Counted from the stretch's first letter, positions 1 to 12,229 are shown. The stretch is DNA of 64,000 nucleotides from Macrostomum lignano (GCA_002269645.1 NIVC01000373.1:1-64000), one strand, 5' to 3'. Made by a program: numbers and translations. The notes: generated by a model from the letters alone, not told the origin.

Positions 1-182
1 GTCTGACTCGATGCGTTTTCCTGTATCGCTCTTTCTAATAACTCAGTTTTTTTGTAGATCAGCCCGCACCGAGCAACGAATTTCTTCCATGGAGACGGCC
101 AGCTTTTGTTTACTCGCGAACTCAGTAGCATAGCAGATCGATTTTTCTCATATTTCAGCGCTGGTTACGTACGCTGCATCCC

Positions 183-412
183 GTAGAAATGCAAGTTGCT
201 ATGCAACCACAATAGTGTTATAGATTTACTGGTTGCTAGCACCAGCCCAAGCCAGAGTTGAGTGGTCAATATCGAGTTACAGAAATGCCCGTTTGCTAGG
301 CAACCACAGCAGAAGTGGTGTCAATATCTAGTTATAGAAATGCCGGTTGCTAGGCAACCACAACAGAGTTGGGTGGTCAATATCTAGTTATAGAAATGCC
401 GGTTTGCTAGGC
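183..412. repeat. Degenerate ~55-bp tandem repeat (3-4 copies) containing GTTGCTAGGCAAC-type X-box motifs
   Basis: Recurring TAGAAATGCC(G)GTTGCTAGGCAACCAC...GGTCAATATCTAGTTA units seen directly. Confidence 0.7.
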
Positions 413-914
413 AGTGCTCAGCTCTGCCAGGCTGTGAATAAGATAAACCAGCAAAGCGTCGCTCACTAACCACAGTGCGTAATTCACCTTTTTTTATTCC
501 GGCGTGGCGCGCTCCTGCCATTCCCCGGCTGCGCCCCCAGCGCTGCCACCTGCAGATCTGCAGCAATCTGCTGGGACTGCATGCAGGCCTGCTCCCCGTC
601 CCGCATTTTTGTATTCTCTGCCCTCATTGTTTCTGAATTAGTTCCCGATCGGCCGCCGCTCTGTGCGTTATTATTTCGGCTGACTGCAGCCACCTGCCAA
701 TTAAAGAGACAGATTCGATCAAAGCGATTCACCGCCATCTTGTCCTCTGCCCCCCCCCTACAAATCTGTTTATTTAAACAAATTATCCAATTTTTTTCAG
801 CACAAAAATTAATTAAACTGACAACTATTTTCTCTCTTCGCTACTCCAATTGTTGGCGGCTTCACAGCGCTTCGTCATTTACGCAGCCCCTTCTCACGTA
901 ATAGGAGTGCCTGC

Positions 915-1040
915 TGTGTGACCTCAGTGCCAGCTGTGTGACCTCAGTGCCAGCTGTGGGACCTCAGTGCCAGCTGTGTGGCCTCAGTACCAGCTGTGTG
1001 GCCTCAGTACCAGCTGTGGGACCTCAGTGCCAGCTGTGTG
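915..1040. repeat. 20-bp minisatellite (GTGTGACCTCAGTGCCAGCT), ~6 copies
   Basis: Direct inspection. Confidence 0.9.
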
Positions 1041-1073
1041 CGGGACCGCCTGTCTGTGATGTAACTCTGTTCC

Positions 1074-1605
1074 ACTCTGTGCCCACCTGTGGCATGGACT
1101 GAATTCCACTGTGCCCACCTGTGGCATGGGACTGAATTCCACTGTGCCCACCTGTGGCATGGGACTGAATTCCACCGTGCCCACCTGTGGCATGGGACTG
1201 AATTCCACTGTGCCCACCTGTGGCATGGGACTGAATTCCACTGTGCCCACCTGTGGCATGGGACTGAATTCCACTGTGCCCACCTGTGGCATGGGACTGA
1301 ATTCCACTGTGCCCACCTGTGGCATGGGACTGAATTCCACTGTGCCCACCTGTGGCATGGGACTGAATTCCACTGTGCCCACCTGTGGCATGGGACTGAA
1401 TTCCACTGTGCCCACCTGTGGCATGGGACTGAATTCCACTGTGCCCACCTGTGGCATGGGACTGAATTCCACTGTGCCCACCTGTGGCATGGGACTGAAT
1501 TCCACTGTGCCCACCTGTGGCATGGGACTGAATTCCACTGTGCCCACCTGTGGCATGGGACTGAATTCCACTGTGCCCACCTGTGGCATGGGACTGAACA
1601 CTGCA
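1074..1605. repeat. 33-bp minisatellite (CACTGTGCCCACCTGTGGCATGGGACTGAATTC), ~16 near-identical copies
   Basis: Direct inspection; it produces 11-aa-periodic spurious ORFs in several frames. Confidence 0.95.
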
Positions 1606-2394
1606 CATGATTAGCCCAATTCATATAGATGATTTGCCTGTCTGTGCACCGCAAATTTCTCAAGCTTGAGGGCTTTGGACTGGTGCCCAGTCCCATTCTG
1701 CATGCGCAGATACGGAGCGGCTCAAATCGCATGTGGCCGGCCCGATTCGCATGGAATATAAAATAAGCATGCAGATTCCAGGCGACTCCGTGTGCTCAGA
1801 ATGTAAAAGGGCTGCTTTGCTTATCAGCTCGACCTGTGCGGTACAACCGGTCTCACAGGTCCCGCTGCAACCGGCTACCTGCGAACTTTCGAACTTGCAT
1901 GGCTATTCAGATTGCAGATAAGGGCCGAGTCGATATTAAAATGTTTAATAAAGTTCTGATTAAGCATAAATATTCGCACTGAACTACTGTTCATTCTGAT
2001 TTCAGTAGTGCGAATTGTGTGCATTCTACAGTTTATTGATCGTCTTATGAAACGGAGAACGGTCATGTACTTCATGTATTATTAGTAGTCCATTAGTAAA
2101 ATAACATGTGCATCCATTGGCGAATACTGTAGACTCATCTCGAGGTTCAAAATATAGATGAGGCACTCGGCCAGCGTACATGGATTGAAATTTACAAAGC
2201 TCGTCAGTCAGCTTTGCCAATTGGATCCTTAAAAGCTTGCAATTTTCACCACTGCTTTGTAGAAAAGCTTTTTGGGTTTGTTACGAGTATTAACACGTTC
2301 GGGCCCCAAAATTTGAAGGCCGATTTCAAACCCTGCTGCTTTGCAAATGCTAGACTGTGATTCCCACGATGCCCTAGCAACTACTGTGGCTGTG

Positions 2395-2515
2395 ATTCCC
2401 CATAATGGCCTATCAACAGGGCTCTGATTCCCCTTAATTGCCTAGCAACAAGGCTCTGATTCCCCTTAATTGCCTAGCAACAAGGCTCTGATTCCCCTTA
2501 ATTGCCTAGCAACTA
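2395..2515. repeat. ~30-bp tandem repeat (3-4 copies) with TTGCCTAGCAAC
   Basis: AACAAGGCTCTGATTCCCCTTAATTGCCTAGC repeated. Confidence 0.75.
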
Positions 2516-2690
2516 TAGGCCCATCCTAGTTTTGATGAGCATCCAGCCTGGTGGCCGCTTGCAGGCTTTCAAGGATCCGTACAAAATCAAGTGTGGCTGC
2601 AATAAACTCCGGCAGCCGGCAATCGTCTACCAAAGGCTCCTCGCACTTCTATTAAAAATCAGTGGCCGGTCCGATGCTCAGCGGGAGTCG

Positions 2691-5600
2691 CTATTGGTCA
2701 CTCGGCATCAACGACTCGACGCTGCGCCTGGCCCGCTGCGCCCTGCGCTGGTGACTCTGGTCCAGCACGCGGGCGCGGACCAGGTCGTTCTCTGGCGCCG
2801 ATGGCGGCGGCACCCGGAACTCCCAGATACGCGCGAAGGCGTCCTCGGAGACGGAGGCCACCCGCTTGGCCGTGGCCTGCAGATCCCGCACGGCCGCCTT
2901 GTGGCCGGCCAGCGAGCGGACGCAGGTCATGCTGGCCACGTGCCACTCCCGGATGGTGCCGTCCGAGTGCCCCGCCCACAGGCTGCCGCGCCGCAGCCGC
3001 AGGACGGTCAGGGCGGCCCGGCCGGGGTCGGCCTGGACGGCGGCCTCGCACTGGCCGGTCCGGGCGTCCCAGAAGTGCAGGCGGCCGCGCCGGGTGCCCG
3101 TCACCAGCAGGTCGCCGCTGGCGTGCAGGCAGGTCACGGCATCCCGGTGGGCACCGAACTGGCGCAGCAGCCGGCCGGTGGCCAGGTCGGTCAGCCGCAG
3201 CTGCCGGTCTGCGTGCGCCGTCGCCAGCTGCTGCTCGCCGGCCACCGCCGCCTGCGTCACCGGCGAGGGGAACCGCGCCAGCGCCACCTGCCGGTAGGTC
3301 GGCGGCTCGTACACCCGCGCCGTGGCGTCGAATGCGGCCGTCACGAGCTTGACGGAGAAAGGTTTTGCTGGGGTCATTGTCTGGATTTACTTTGGGTCAT
3401 TGTCTGGATTTACTTTGGGTCATTGTCTGGATTTACTTTGGGTCATTGTCTGGATTTACTTTGGGTCATTGTCTGGAGTTTCTTTGGGTCATTGTCTGGA
3501 GTTTCTCTGGGTCATTGTCTGGCGACTCACATTCCTGGAGCCCGGCAGGATGTGCACGTAGCAGACGGAGTCTTCGTGGTCCGTCAGCATCCGCAGGCGG
3601 CGGAAGTCCGGCTCGAGGCTCCACAGCATGACACTCATATCCCAGCTCCCCGTGGCCAGCACATTGTCCCGCATGTGCAGGCAGGTGACGCCGCCTTTGT
3701 GGCCGTACAGCTTGCGGATGCTGCGCCCGCTGCGGACGTCCCAGATGCGCACCGACATGTCCCTGGAGCCCGTCACCAGCCGGCGCTCGTCGAACTGCAG
3801 GCACTGGACCGCGTCAAGGTGACCCTGCAGGTGGTAGGCGGCTGACTGACTGACTGACTGACTGACTGACTGACTGCCTGACTGACTGACTGACTGACTG
3901 CCTGACTGACTGACTGACTGACTGCCTGACTGACTGACTGACTGACTGACTGACTGACTGACTGCCTGACTGACTGACTGACTGACTGACTGACTGCCTG
4001 ACTGACTGACTGCCTGACTGCCTGACTGCCTGACTGACTGACTGACTGACTGACTGACTGCCTGACTGACTGACTGACTGACTGACTGCCTGACTGCCTG
4101 ACTGCCTGCCTCCCCTCACCTGCAGCAGCCGGCACTGCAGTATCGGCAGGATGTCGCCCACAAAAGCGCCCCGCTGGCCGAGCTTCTCCAGGTCCTTCTT
4201 GTAGATGAGCCGCTCCTTGGACTCGGACTTCTCCTGTGAATGCCGTCGGGATTCGATTTTTGATTCTTGACTGAGTCAGAAGACCGTGTAGTGCGAATCG
4301 AGGAACTCAGAGTAAAACATTGCCGAAGTAAAGCAAAATAAAAGATCTACGAGCAGGAAGGCAGTTTTTAAAGCAAAAAAGGAGCCAAGAAAATTAAAAA
4401 GTCGGTTCTGGTGCTGACTCGCAAGTTGCAACCAAGGGCTCAGGTGTTGTACACAATGTACTTTGCTGCAGAAGACAATAACAGACAACACAGGTGACAA
4501 GCTTGGGAGCCACACTGAGAAGCTGATGATGAAGCTGAGAGGCTGATAAGGAGGTGCTGTAGGCGAGTGATGAAGCTGAGAGACTGATAAGGAGGTGCTG
4601 TAGGCGAGTGATGAAGCTGAGAGACTGATAAGGGGTGCTGTAGGCGAGTGATGAAGCTGAGAGACTGATAAGGGGTGCTATAGGCGAGTGATGAAGCTGA
4701 GAGGCTGATAAGGAGATGCTGTAGGCGAGTGATGAAGCTGAGAGGCGGATAAAGAGATGCTGGATGCGAGTGATGAAGCTGGGAGGCGGATAAGGAGATG
4801 CTGTAGGCGAGTGATGAAGCTGAGAAGCTGCAGCTGCAGCATTCTTACTCTCGGATTCACGTTCACGGCCTCCCTGCCGTACATGTGAATCTCCTTCAGC
4901 TGACTCTCCTCGGCTGACAGCTGGGGGAGGGCGGTGCCGTTTGCGGCTATCACTTTCCGTTTAATCATTAACTGGTTGAATTTTTATTGAATTTACAAGG
5001 CAGCCACCAGCCCCATCAGCTCTCAGCCTCACCGTCAGATCCGTGGCTTCCACCAGCCGGGGCCGAATGTCCAGCGCCACGTCCTCCGAGTCCTGGAACT
5101 GCTTCAGTCGGCCGAGGATCGGCTTCATCAGCGGCCTGCGGAGTTGTGCAGGTTAGTTTGCGCCCTCGGTGACTCTGTGTCCTCGGTGACTCTTTGTGTC
5201 CTCGGTGACTCTTTGTTTGTGTCCCCGGTGACTCTTTGTTTGTGCCCTCGGTGACTCTTTGTTTGTGCCCTCGGTGATTCTGTTTGTGTCCCCGGTGACT
5301 CTTTGTTTGTGTCCCCGGTGATTCTGTTTGTGCCCTCAGTGACTCTTTGTTTATGCCTTCTGTGACTTTTCGCTTGTGCCCTCGTTTCATTGAATTTTTC
5401 AATTAGTTTTCAAATTCGACATTAATCATTAACTGAACCGAAACAAGCCAACTGTAGTAAGTAGTCGTCAATGTACTTTTCCTTCATGGCTATTGTAGGC
5501 CAGCACAATGATGCTGATTTTGTACGCTCAGTGGAATAAAGGAATGTTAAATTTTGGGAACTGGTCAGAAACTGAATACGGAAGCGCTACTCAAGGAGGC

Positions 5601-8600
5601 TTGAAGCTCGCACTCATGTGCTGCCTGCCTACAAGCCACCAGCCCACTTAGATGAACCCGGTCGGGATTCGGGTTCTGGGTCGGGATTCGGGGTCGGGAT
5701 TCAGGGTCGGGATTCGGGTTCTGGGTCGGGATTCGGGATCGGGATTCAGGATCGGGATTCGGGGTCGGGATTCAGGGTCGGGATTCGGGTTCTGGGTCGG
5801 GATTCGGGGTCGGGATTCAGGATCGGGATTCGGGGTCGGGATTCAGGGTCGGGATTCGGGTTCTGGGTCGGGATTCGGGGTCGGGATTCAGGGTCGGGAT
5901 TCGGTTCTGGGTCGGGATTCGGGTCGGGATTCAGGATCGGATCGGGATTCGGGGATTCAGGATCGGGATTCGGGGTCGGGATTCAGGGTCGGGATTCGGG
6001 TTCTGGGTCGGGATTCGGGGTCGGGATTCAGGATCGGGATTCGGGGTCGGGATTCAGGGTCGGGATTCGGGTTCTGGGTCGGGATTCGGGGTCGGGATTC
6101 AGGATCGGGATTCGGGGTCGGGATTCAGGGTCGGGATTCGGGTTCTGGGTCGGGATTCGGGGTCGGGATTCAGGATCGGGATTCGGGGTCGGGATTCAGG
6201 GTCGGGATTCGGGTTCTGGGTCGGGATTCGGGGTCAGGATTCAGGATCGGGATTCGGGGTCGGGATTCAGGGTCGGGATTCGGGTTCGGGGTTCCCGAAA
6301 GATGTTCGGATCGGGGTTAAACCCGAACTCCGAAAAATGGCCAGTGCTGAATGCGCCTGAGTCACGGCAGCCTCACCTCCGGTCCGCGTACTCCCGGTGA
6401 ATCCGCTCCAGCACGCTCACTCCGTCCAGCTGCTGCTGCTGCTCTCGCCGCTTCGCCTTGGCCTCGCCGTCGACTGTAAAGGAGGGATCGGGTGGCAACT
6501 GCTGACGGGCGGCTGCTGGGAAGAATTCGCAGTCTCTGTTTTAAAGCTGCTGGTTGGCTGGCAACGGCATTGCAGGATGAAGGAAGGAAGCTGGGGGAGG
6601 AAAGAAATGCCAGCGGGGAGACAGAGCTGCTCCTGTTGTGTTTTTCTATTGTTCCCTGGCTGGCTGTAGCCCAGCTGCTGTACTGATGGGGAGCGCGGAG
6701 GCTGGAAACTGGGGACCAGAGCACGGGGCTGCCAGATGGAGGACGCAAAGTTGCATCGGCATAAAAGCAAAAGTACGCTCGCAGCAACTTTGGTCGCTGC
6801 CAGCCAGGTGGAACTCAAGCAGCAAGTTTCTCCATCCCATGAGGTGGTCAGGAATTGGGAAGCGTCTCTCTGGTGCTTTCTGAATCGATCCGAGCATATC
6901 CAAGAGTTGCTTAATCTGCATGAGGCTGGGGTGTTTTCAAATGGTTCTATTTTTAGCAGCATCAAGCTTGTCTCTGATTGGCTGTAGATTTCCACCCACC
7001 CCACTCCGCTGGTGTGAAAGGACAAAATTGAAGGCGAGAAGCAGATTACCTTGCTGCATCATCTGGTCACTGAAAACCATTTGTAAAGAAAAGCTGTCCG
7101 CTCACCTTCGCGCTTGCCAGCGGCCGCTCCCTCGGTGACCGCGCGCAGCTTCCTGAGCGACATCGTCAGACGAGCCAGGCCTGCAACTGTAAACCGGCGC
7201 GGCTTCGGCCTCGAGTTTCCCTGCTGCAGCAGTTGCTGCTGCTTCTGCTGCTGTCTGGCTCGGAAAAGAGCTGCGGGCCGCGCAGTTTGGCAGGGCTGTG
7301 TGAGGACTCGCACAGGCGATGCAAAACCCAATAGAAATGGCTTTGGCGCTGAGCTCACTGTTGGCAAACATTACCCCGGAGCACCCTCTGAGTTCATCTG
7401 GCAAACCCCAGAGCTCGAGGGAGAAGGGGCGGAGAGCTTCTGTGTTTGGTCTGAGACTCAAGCCCTGAGCAAACTGAGACAACTTTACGTGTCCTGGGCT
7501 GGGTGATGCACAAAATTTGAGAGAGCATACACTAACTACACTACTGCAACAAACAAGTAGTAAAGAGAGTTTGCTGTGTCGCGTCACCTGCTGCATTGTG
7601 CGTGAGATGTCTGGGCAGCGGGAGGCTCTGCCGCGCCTGCCGCAGCATTCGCTCCAGCTCCCCGTACGTCAGCTTCCAGTCGATGTGCTGCAGCCCGAGG
7701 CGCTGCCGCAGCACCCCCGCCAGGTTCAGTAGGCCGTTCTCGAACCCGATCTGCTCGCAGCGGCGCAGCCAGATGCTCTCGTGGGAGGCGAGCACCCACC
7801 AGTGACGGCTGACCTGCGCACAGCTCAGCAGGTCTCTGACCGGCAGCAGAGAGAAGATCTTCAGCAGCGTGCGGTCCGGCAGAATGCCGATGTCTGTGCA
7901 GTCATGAATTCTGCGACGTGCGGCAGGTTGTACATGTGCACTGCTTGCAGTAGTGTGGCTTCGCTGAGAGTGTAAAAATATGCACCAAGACAAGCCCTAT
8001 GGTTCAAATTCGCATGCTGCAGTCAGCCAGTGCTCACTCAGGCAACTCACCTCTGCATGCTGCAGTCAGCCAGTGCTCACTCAGGCAACTCACCTCTGCA
8101 TGCTGCAGTCAGCCAGTGCTCACTCAGGCAACTCACCTCTGCATGATGCAGTCAGCCAGTGCTCACTCAGGCAACTCACCTCTGCATGATGCAGTCAGCC
8201 AGTGCTCACTCAGGCCTCTGCATGCTGCAGTCAGCCAGTGCTCACTCAGGCAACTCACCTCTGCATGATGCAGTCAGCCAGTGCTCACTCAGGCCTCTGC
8301 ATGCTGCAGTCAGCCAGTGCTCACTCAGGCAACTCACCTCTGCATGATGCAGTCAGCCAGTGCTCACTCAGGCCTCTGCATGCTGCAGTCAGCCAGTGCT
8401 CACTCAGGCCTCTGCATGCTGCAGTCAGCCAGTGCTCACTCAGGCAACTCACCTCTGCATGCTGCAGTCAGCCAGTGCTCACTCAGGCAACTCACCTCTG
8501 CATGATGCAGTCAGCCAGTGCTCACTCAGGCAACTCACCTCTGCATGATGCAGTCAGCCAGTGCTCACTCAGGCAACTCACCTCTGCATGATGCAGTCAG

Positions 8601-10712
8601 CCAGTGCTCACTCAGGCAACTCACCTCTGCATGATGCAGTCAGCCAGTGCTCACTCAGGCAACTCACCTCTGCATGATGCAGTCAGCCAGTGCTCACTCA
8701 GGCAACTCACCTCTGCATGATGCAGTCAGCCAGTGCTCACTCAGGCAACTCACCTCTGCATGATGCAGTCAGCCAGTGCTCACTCAGGCAACTCACCTCT
8801 GCATGATGCAGTCAGCCAGTGCTCACTCAGGCAACTCACCTCTGCATGATGCAATCAACCAGTGCTCACTCAGGCAACTCACCTCTGCATGATGCAGTCA
8901 GCCAAGTAGGCGATGAGCTGCTGGCTGCAGACGGTCACGAGCTCAGAGAGCAGGTTGATCCGCTCAAACTCGGGCCAAGTGCCGATCCACTGAGAAAGAG
9001 AGAATGAGACGGGAGCGGCAAGTTTATCAGGGACCAAATTGCGAATTGCTTTACCAAAGCTTTGTTGCAAAGTGCATTGATGAAATCACTACAGCGTGAA
9101 TAGCAGTGCACAGAGGACAGTAATAAGCAAACTAAAACTTTATAGAGGTGCGCTAATTTATGATGAGAGCAGCTGTTCTAAGCAACTCACACCTCACATC
9201 GCATCCAGCTCGCTCAGCTCGCTGCAATGGAGCAAAGGGGCGACCCCAGCATTGGTTTGTTAGCCAGTGAAATACGGGCGAGTTCGTTAAGTTTGTATCT
9301 AATTGGTTAGTAAACAATGCATGAGCAGGGGAGAGAGTGCTGTAGCTTAATCACACTGTCTACTCTATGAGCAAATCTGCAGCCAGATGATGGCGAGCTG
9401 CTCCCAGCCTCACCCCCCAGATCCGGTCGAGCTGAACTCCGAACTCCTTCAGAGTCGGGCCAGCTCGGTCGGCGCCGCCGCCGCCAGACTCTTCGCGTGA
9501 CGCCGCGAACGAGACAGAGGCCGGCCGCGACCGGCCTGCCGAGGAGGCCGTTGCGGCGGAGGCGGCTGCGGCTGCGGCGCTGTTGGCAGTGGAGGCAGAG
9601 GCGGCGGCGGAAACAGCAAATGAGCGGACGGCCGGCGACACAGCGGAGGAGCCTCCGGACCGGCCGCAGACCTCGTCGATGGCTGATTGGACGGCTTCAA
9701 AAGCCACCGAGGCCGCAAGGCTGTTGGCTGCTGACAAATCATCGTCTTCGCCAGTGCCCTGGGGAATGATGTCGTCCAGCAGCTCGGCCAGGAGCTCCCG
9801 GGCAGCGGAGGAGTCGAACTGCGAGTTCGCGTCATCAATATCGTCCACGTCGTCTTCGAACCACGGCTGCTCATCGTCTCCTTCAGCGACTTCGCTCGCC
9901 TTCACCAACTCTTCACCCGACGCCCATTCTTCCTTCCCGGAGATCCCGCTTGGATCTGCTTCCGCTTCCGCTTCCGCTTCCGCTTCCGCTTCCGCTTCCG
10001 CTTCCGCTTCCGCTTCCGCTTCCGCTTCCGCTTCCGCTTCCGCTTCCGCATCTGCATCCGTATCCACATCCTGTTCTTCCATCAGTCCGGACGAAGCCAC
10101 AGGCGACAGCGGCAGCGGCGAGTTGTTGGTGACCAGCAGCTCAGGGATGGCCCGGCCGAGGCCCAGCTGCTCTTCCTGCCGCTGCCGCTGCTCGTCCGCT
10201 TCTGACTCGTCGTCGGCTGTTGAAGCCTCCGTGCCCGCTGCTGCAGCAGTCGCTGCAATTTCCGCCGCAGCTGCAGCCGCCGCAGCCTCCGTGATGAGGC
10301 TGATCCGGCGCCGTGGTCGAGTCTTTTTCGACCGGCCAGGTGGTGGTGGCCGGTAGGGCTTGAAGTCCCGCCTACGACCAGCGGACGGGTAGCGCAGGCG
10401 GACGCAGTTGCGGAAGTCGCGGTGGAACACCGGCTCCATAATGGTGGCCAGCAGGCGCAGCTGGTCCAGCGAGCAGCGGCCGACAATGCCGGCCAGGAGG
10501 GCTCGCTGCTGCCAGGGGCTCCAGTATCGGAACTGGTCGATGATGAGTCGCATGGAGCCGGCGCCTTTGGCTGAGGCGGCCGCTGCGGTTGCCGCGGCGA
10601 TTGTGGCAGCTGCAGAGCTGGACAGGCGGCGACGACCAGGCGGTGCCGTCAGGGGCGCCAGCCGAGGAGGCCGCTGACTGATGGCAAACTGCGACAGCAA
10701 ACATAATAGCAT
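2691..10712 (-). CDS. F-box/WD40-repeat protein (FBXW10/CDRT1-like architecture), 10 exons; start codon uncertain
   Basis: Exons with phase-consistent GT-AG junctions: 10712(or ATG 10553)-9414, 8989-8883, 7910-7588, 7270-7106, 6473-6377, 5135-5033, 4920-4849, 4233-4120, 3845-3531, 3347-2691. F-box LPDRTLLKIFSLLPVRDLLSCAQVSRHW is in exon 3. About 7 WD repeats (GHLDAVQCL..IWD, GHKGGVTCL..LWS, AHRDAVTCL..FWD, GHKAAVRDL..IWE) are in exons 9-10. Coding frames are GC3-rich. Family assignment is from motif recognition only. Confidence 0.88.
3370..3522. repeat. 23-bp minisatellite (GGGTCATTGTCTGGATTTACTTT), ~7 copies, filling intron 9 of the F-box gene
   Basis: Period 23 (3371, 3394...); intron is 3348-3530. 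Confidence 0.9.
3842..4110. repeat. (CAGT)n/(CAGG) microsatellite filling intron 8 of the F-box gene
   Basis: (ACTG)n with interspersed CCTG units between exon 8 and exon 9. Confidence 0.95.
4515..4828. repeat. 41-bp minisatellite, ~7 copies, F-box intron 7
   Basis: GTAGGCGAGTGATGAAGCTGAGAG(A/G)CTGATAAGGAG(G/A)TGCT repeated. Confidence 0.9.
5165..5372. repeat. ~23-bp minisatellite (CGGTGACTCTTTGTTTGTGCCCT), F-box intron 5
   Basis: Direct inspection; lies next to the CTAAC branch-point-like motif of the exon 6 acceptor. Confidence 0.85.
5660..6300. repeat. G-rich compound minisatellite built of GGGATTC/GGGGTC units, F-box intron 5
   Basis: Direct inspection. Confidence 0.9.
8005..8905. repeat. 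43-bp minisatellite (~20 copies) reproducing the exon 2 end and its 5' splice site
   Basis: Minus-strand unit GTGAGTTGCCTGAGTGAGCACTGGCTGACTGCATCATGCAGAG; its last 22 nt equal the last 22 nt of exon 2. Confidence 0.95.
9956..10050 (-). repeat. Coding hexanucleotide (GCGGAA)n giving an (AE)n tract
   Basis: (TCCGCT)n on + strand within F-box exon 1; ORF reads AEAEAEAE. Confidence 0.9.
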
Positions 10713-12106
10713 AATACGGTGAGTAGTATATATTTGCTTTTACCGGCAGCAAACTGTTACCACGGACGACTTAAGCGTCGTTTAAGTAGTTCCGTGTCTG
10801 TTACCCGAAAAAAATACATGCAAGATTCTAAGGACCTACGGGTATTATAACGTCCGTTGTAACCTATGTGTTTCTCAGCTTTAAGGATCTAATGCTTCGT
10901 GGATAGAAAAACTGTCCCTAGCCACACATAATACGAAGTATAAATGGAAGCTAATAAATTTGCTGTCTTTCTTATAGCGTGTGAGAAATATAGATTGAAA
11001 ACAATATTTTTTATTTTTTATTTTTCTCTCAATAACTCTGTAGACCTTCATTGAAGATTTTTTATCTTTTGCGTCAGGATGTCCCCACTATGTTGTGAAA
11101 CAAAATTCCTTCTTTATTAACGCTGTCTATCTTTGTGCTATTTAAAATTTATTGTCTCTTTTATATAGCTTTTGGGCCAATACTATTTGAAGAAAGTACT
11201 CGAAACGAACATTGATATCAAGCAATTTGTTTTTTTGGTTCTAATTATTTTCAACTAGCTAGCTACTGCTGATAAATAGCACTGATGAAAGAACTTAAAG
11301 CTTTATAGTATCCAAAGCTTAAGACATAAAGATGGCATGGTCATATTATTCTGTCCTAGCCTCTAATTTTTCAACGCTGTTACAGAATTATAATATAAAG
11401 TTTAATTTACTTATAGAGGCATTAATAATCAATTATCAAAAAATAAAATGATGCTTCGCAGAAAACTACTTTTTGATTCCATATTAAAATGACGCTTCTC
11501 AAAAAAGTTACCTTAGACTTCGATTTATTTTTAATAATGAGCACGCGGTAAAAATAAAAACAAGTAAGAAAAATATTAAATAAGCATTACTTAACCATTT
11601 ATCTAAAATTGTTTGAAAATAGTAACAGATTTTGTTAAAAGCTAAGTTTGCAGTTGCTTCCGTTCGTTTCGAATTCGTTTCAAACTGGTGCATGATCCAA
11701 TTAGGCCTACCCCTCCTCGACAAAAGGCTTGACTATATAATACAGTGCTCTCGGCGTTGACTTTGCTTGTATTCATTTATTTGCTACTTAAGCAATATTT
11801 CAACATACTGCGTCATTTTAATTTCAATTTTTGTTTACTTTATACTTGCTTCTTTCTTTCGTTCTTTGTAAAATGGAAAAAATGGTCCATGATAACCAAA
11901 AGTAAAATTCCTAGATTTCTTTTGTGTTGTTGCTACTTGCATTATATATTAATATTATTAGATTTAATTTCTTTTGTATTGTATTGATAATGTTTTCTAG
12001 ACTTAATGAATGTGATTTCACTTCAACCTATGGCTATATCAGCTATGACATGTGAACATTTTTTTTGCATAATATAATTATAATCATTTTAATTATACCT
12101 AATCCA

Positions 12107-12229
12107 TATAGGCATTGGAATATTTTAAAAAGTGGGGGGGGCAGGTACCATTGTCCATTAATGCCCCCATATTTTAAAAGTGGAGGGGCCATACCCTCTG
12201 CTCCCCCATTTCACCATATAGGGCCTATG
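12107..12229. mobile_element. Degenerate MITE-like element (TATAGGC...GCCTATG ends; AAAAGTGGGGGG core)
   Basis: Weak terminal inverted match; shares its core with 56683-57230; no TSD found. Confidence 0.35.

Noticed and set aside
484-738. Possible minus-strand exon (MRDGEQACMQ...NKKR)
   Set aside because: No recognisable homology and no partner exon in the window.
984-1732. Long periodic ORFs in five to six frames; superficially CRISPR-like 33-bp repeats
   Set aside because: Head-to-tail identical units with no unique spacers; the ORFs are artefacts of a stop-poor minisatellite.
2026-2220. 64-aa minus-strand ORF
   Set aside because: No recognisable motif, no codon bias, no clear splice context.
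2502-3845. 447-aa + strand ORF and other long GC-rich ORFs opposite real exons (also 9583-10356, 15249-15986, 18351-19253)
   Set aside because: Antisense shadows of GC3-rich coding exons.
6417-7025. 202-aa minus-strand ORF in F-box intron 4
   Set aside because: No domain similarity; exons 4 and 5 join in phase without it.
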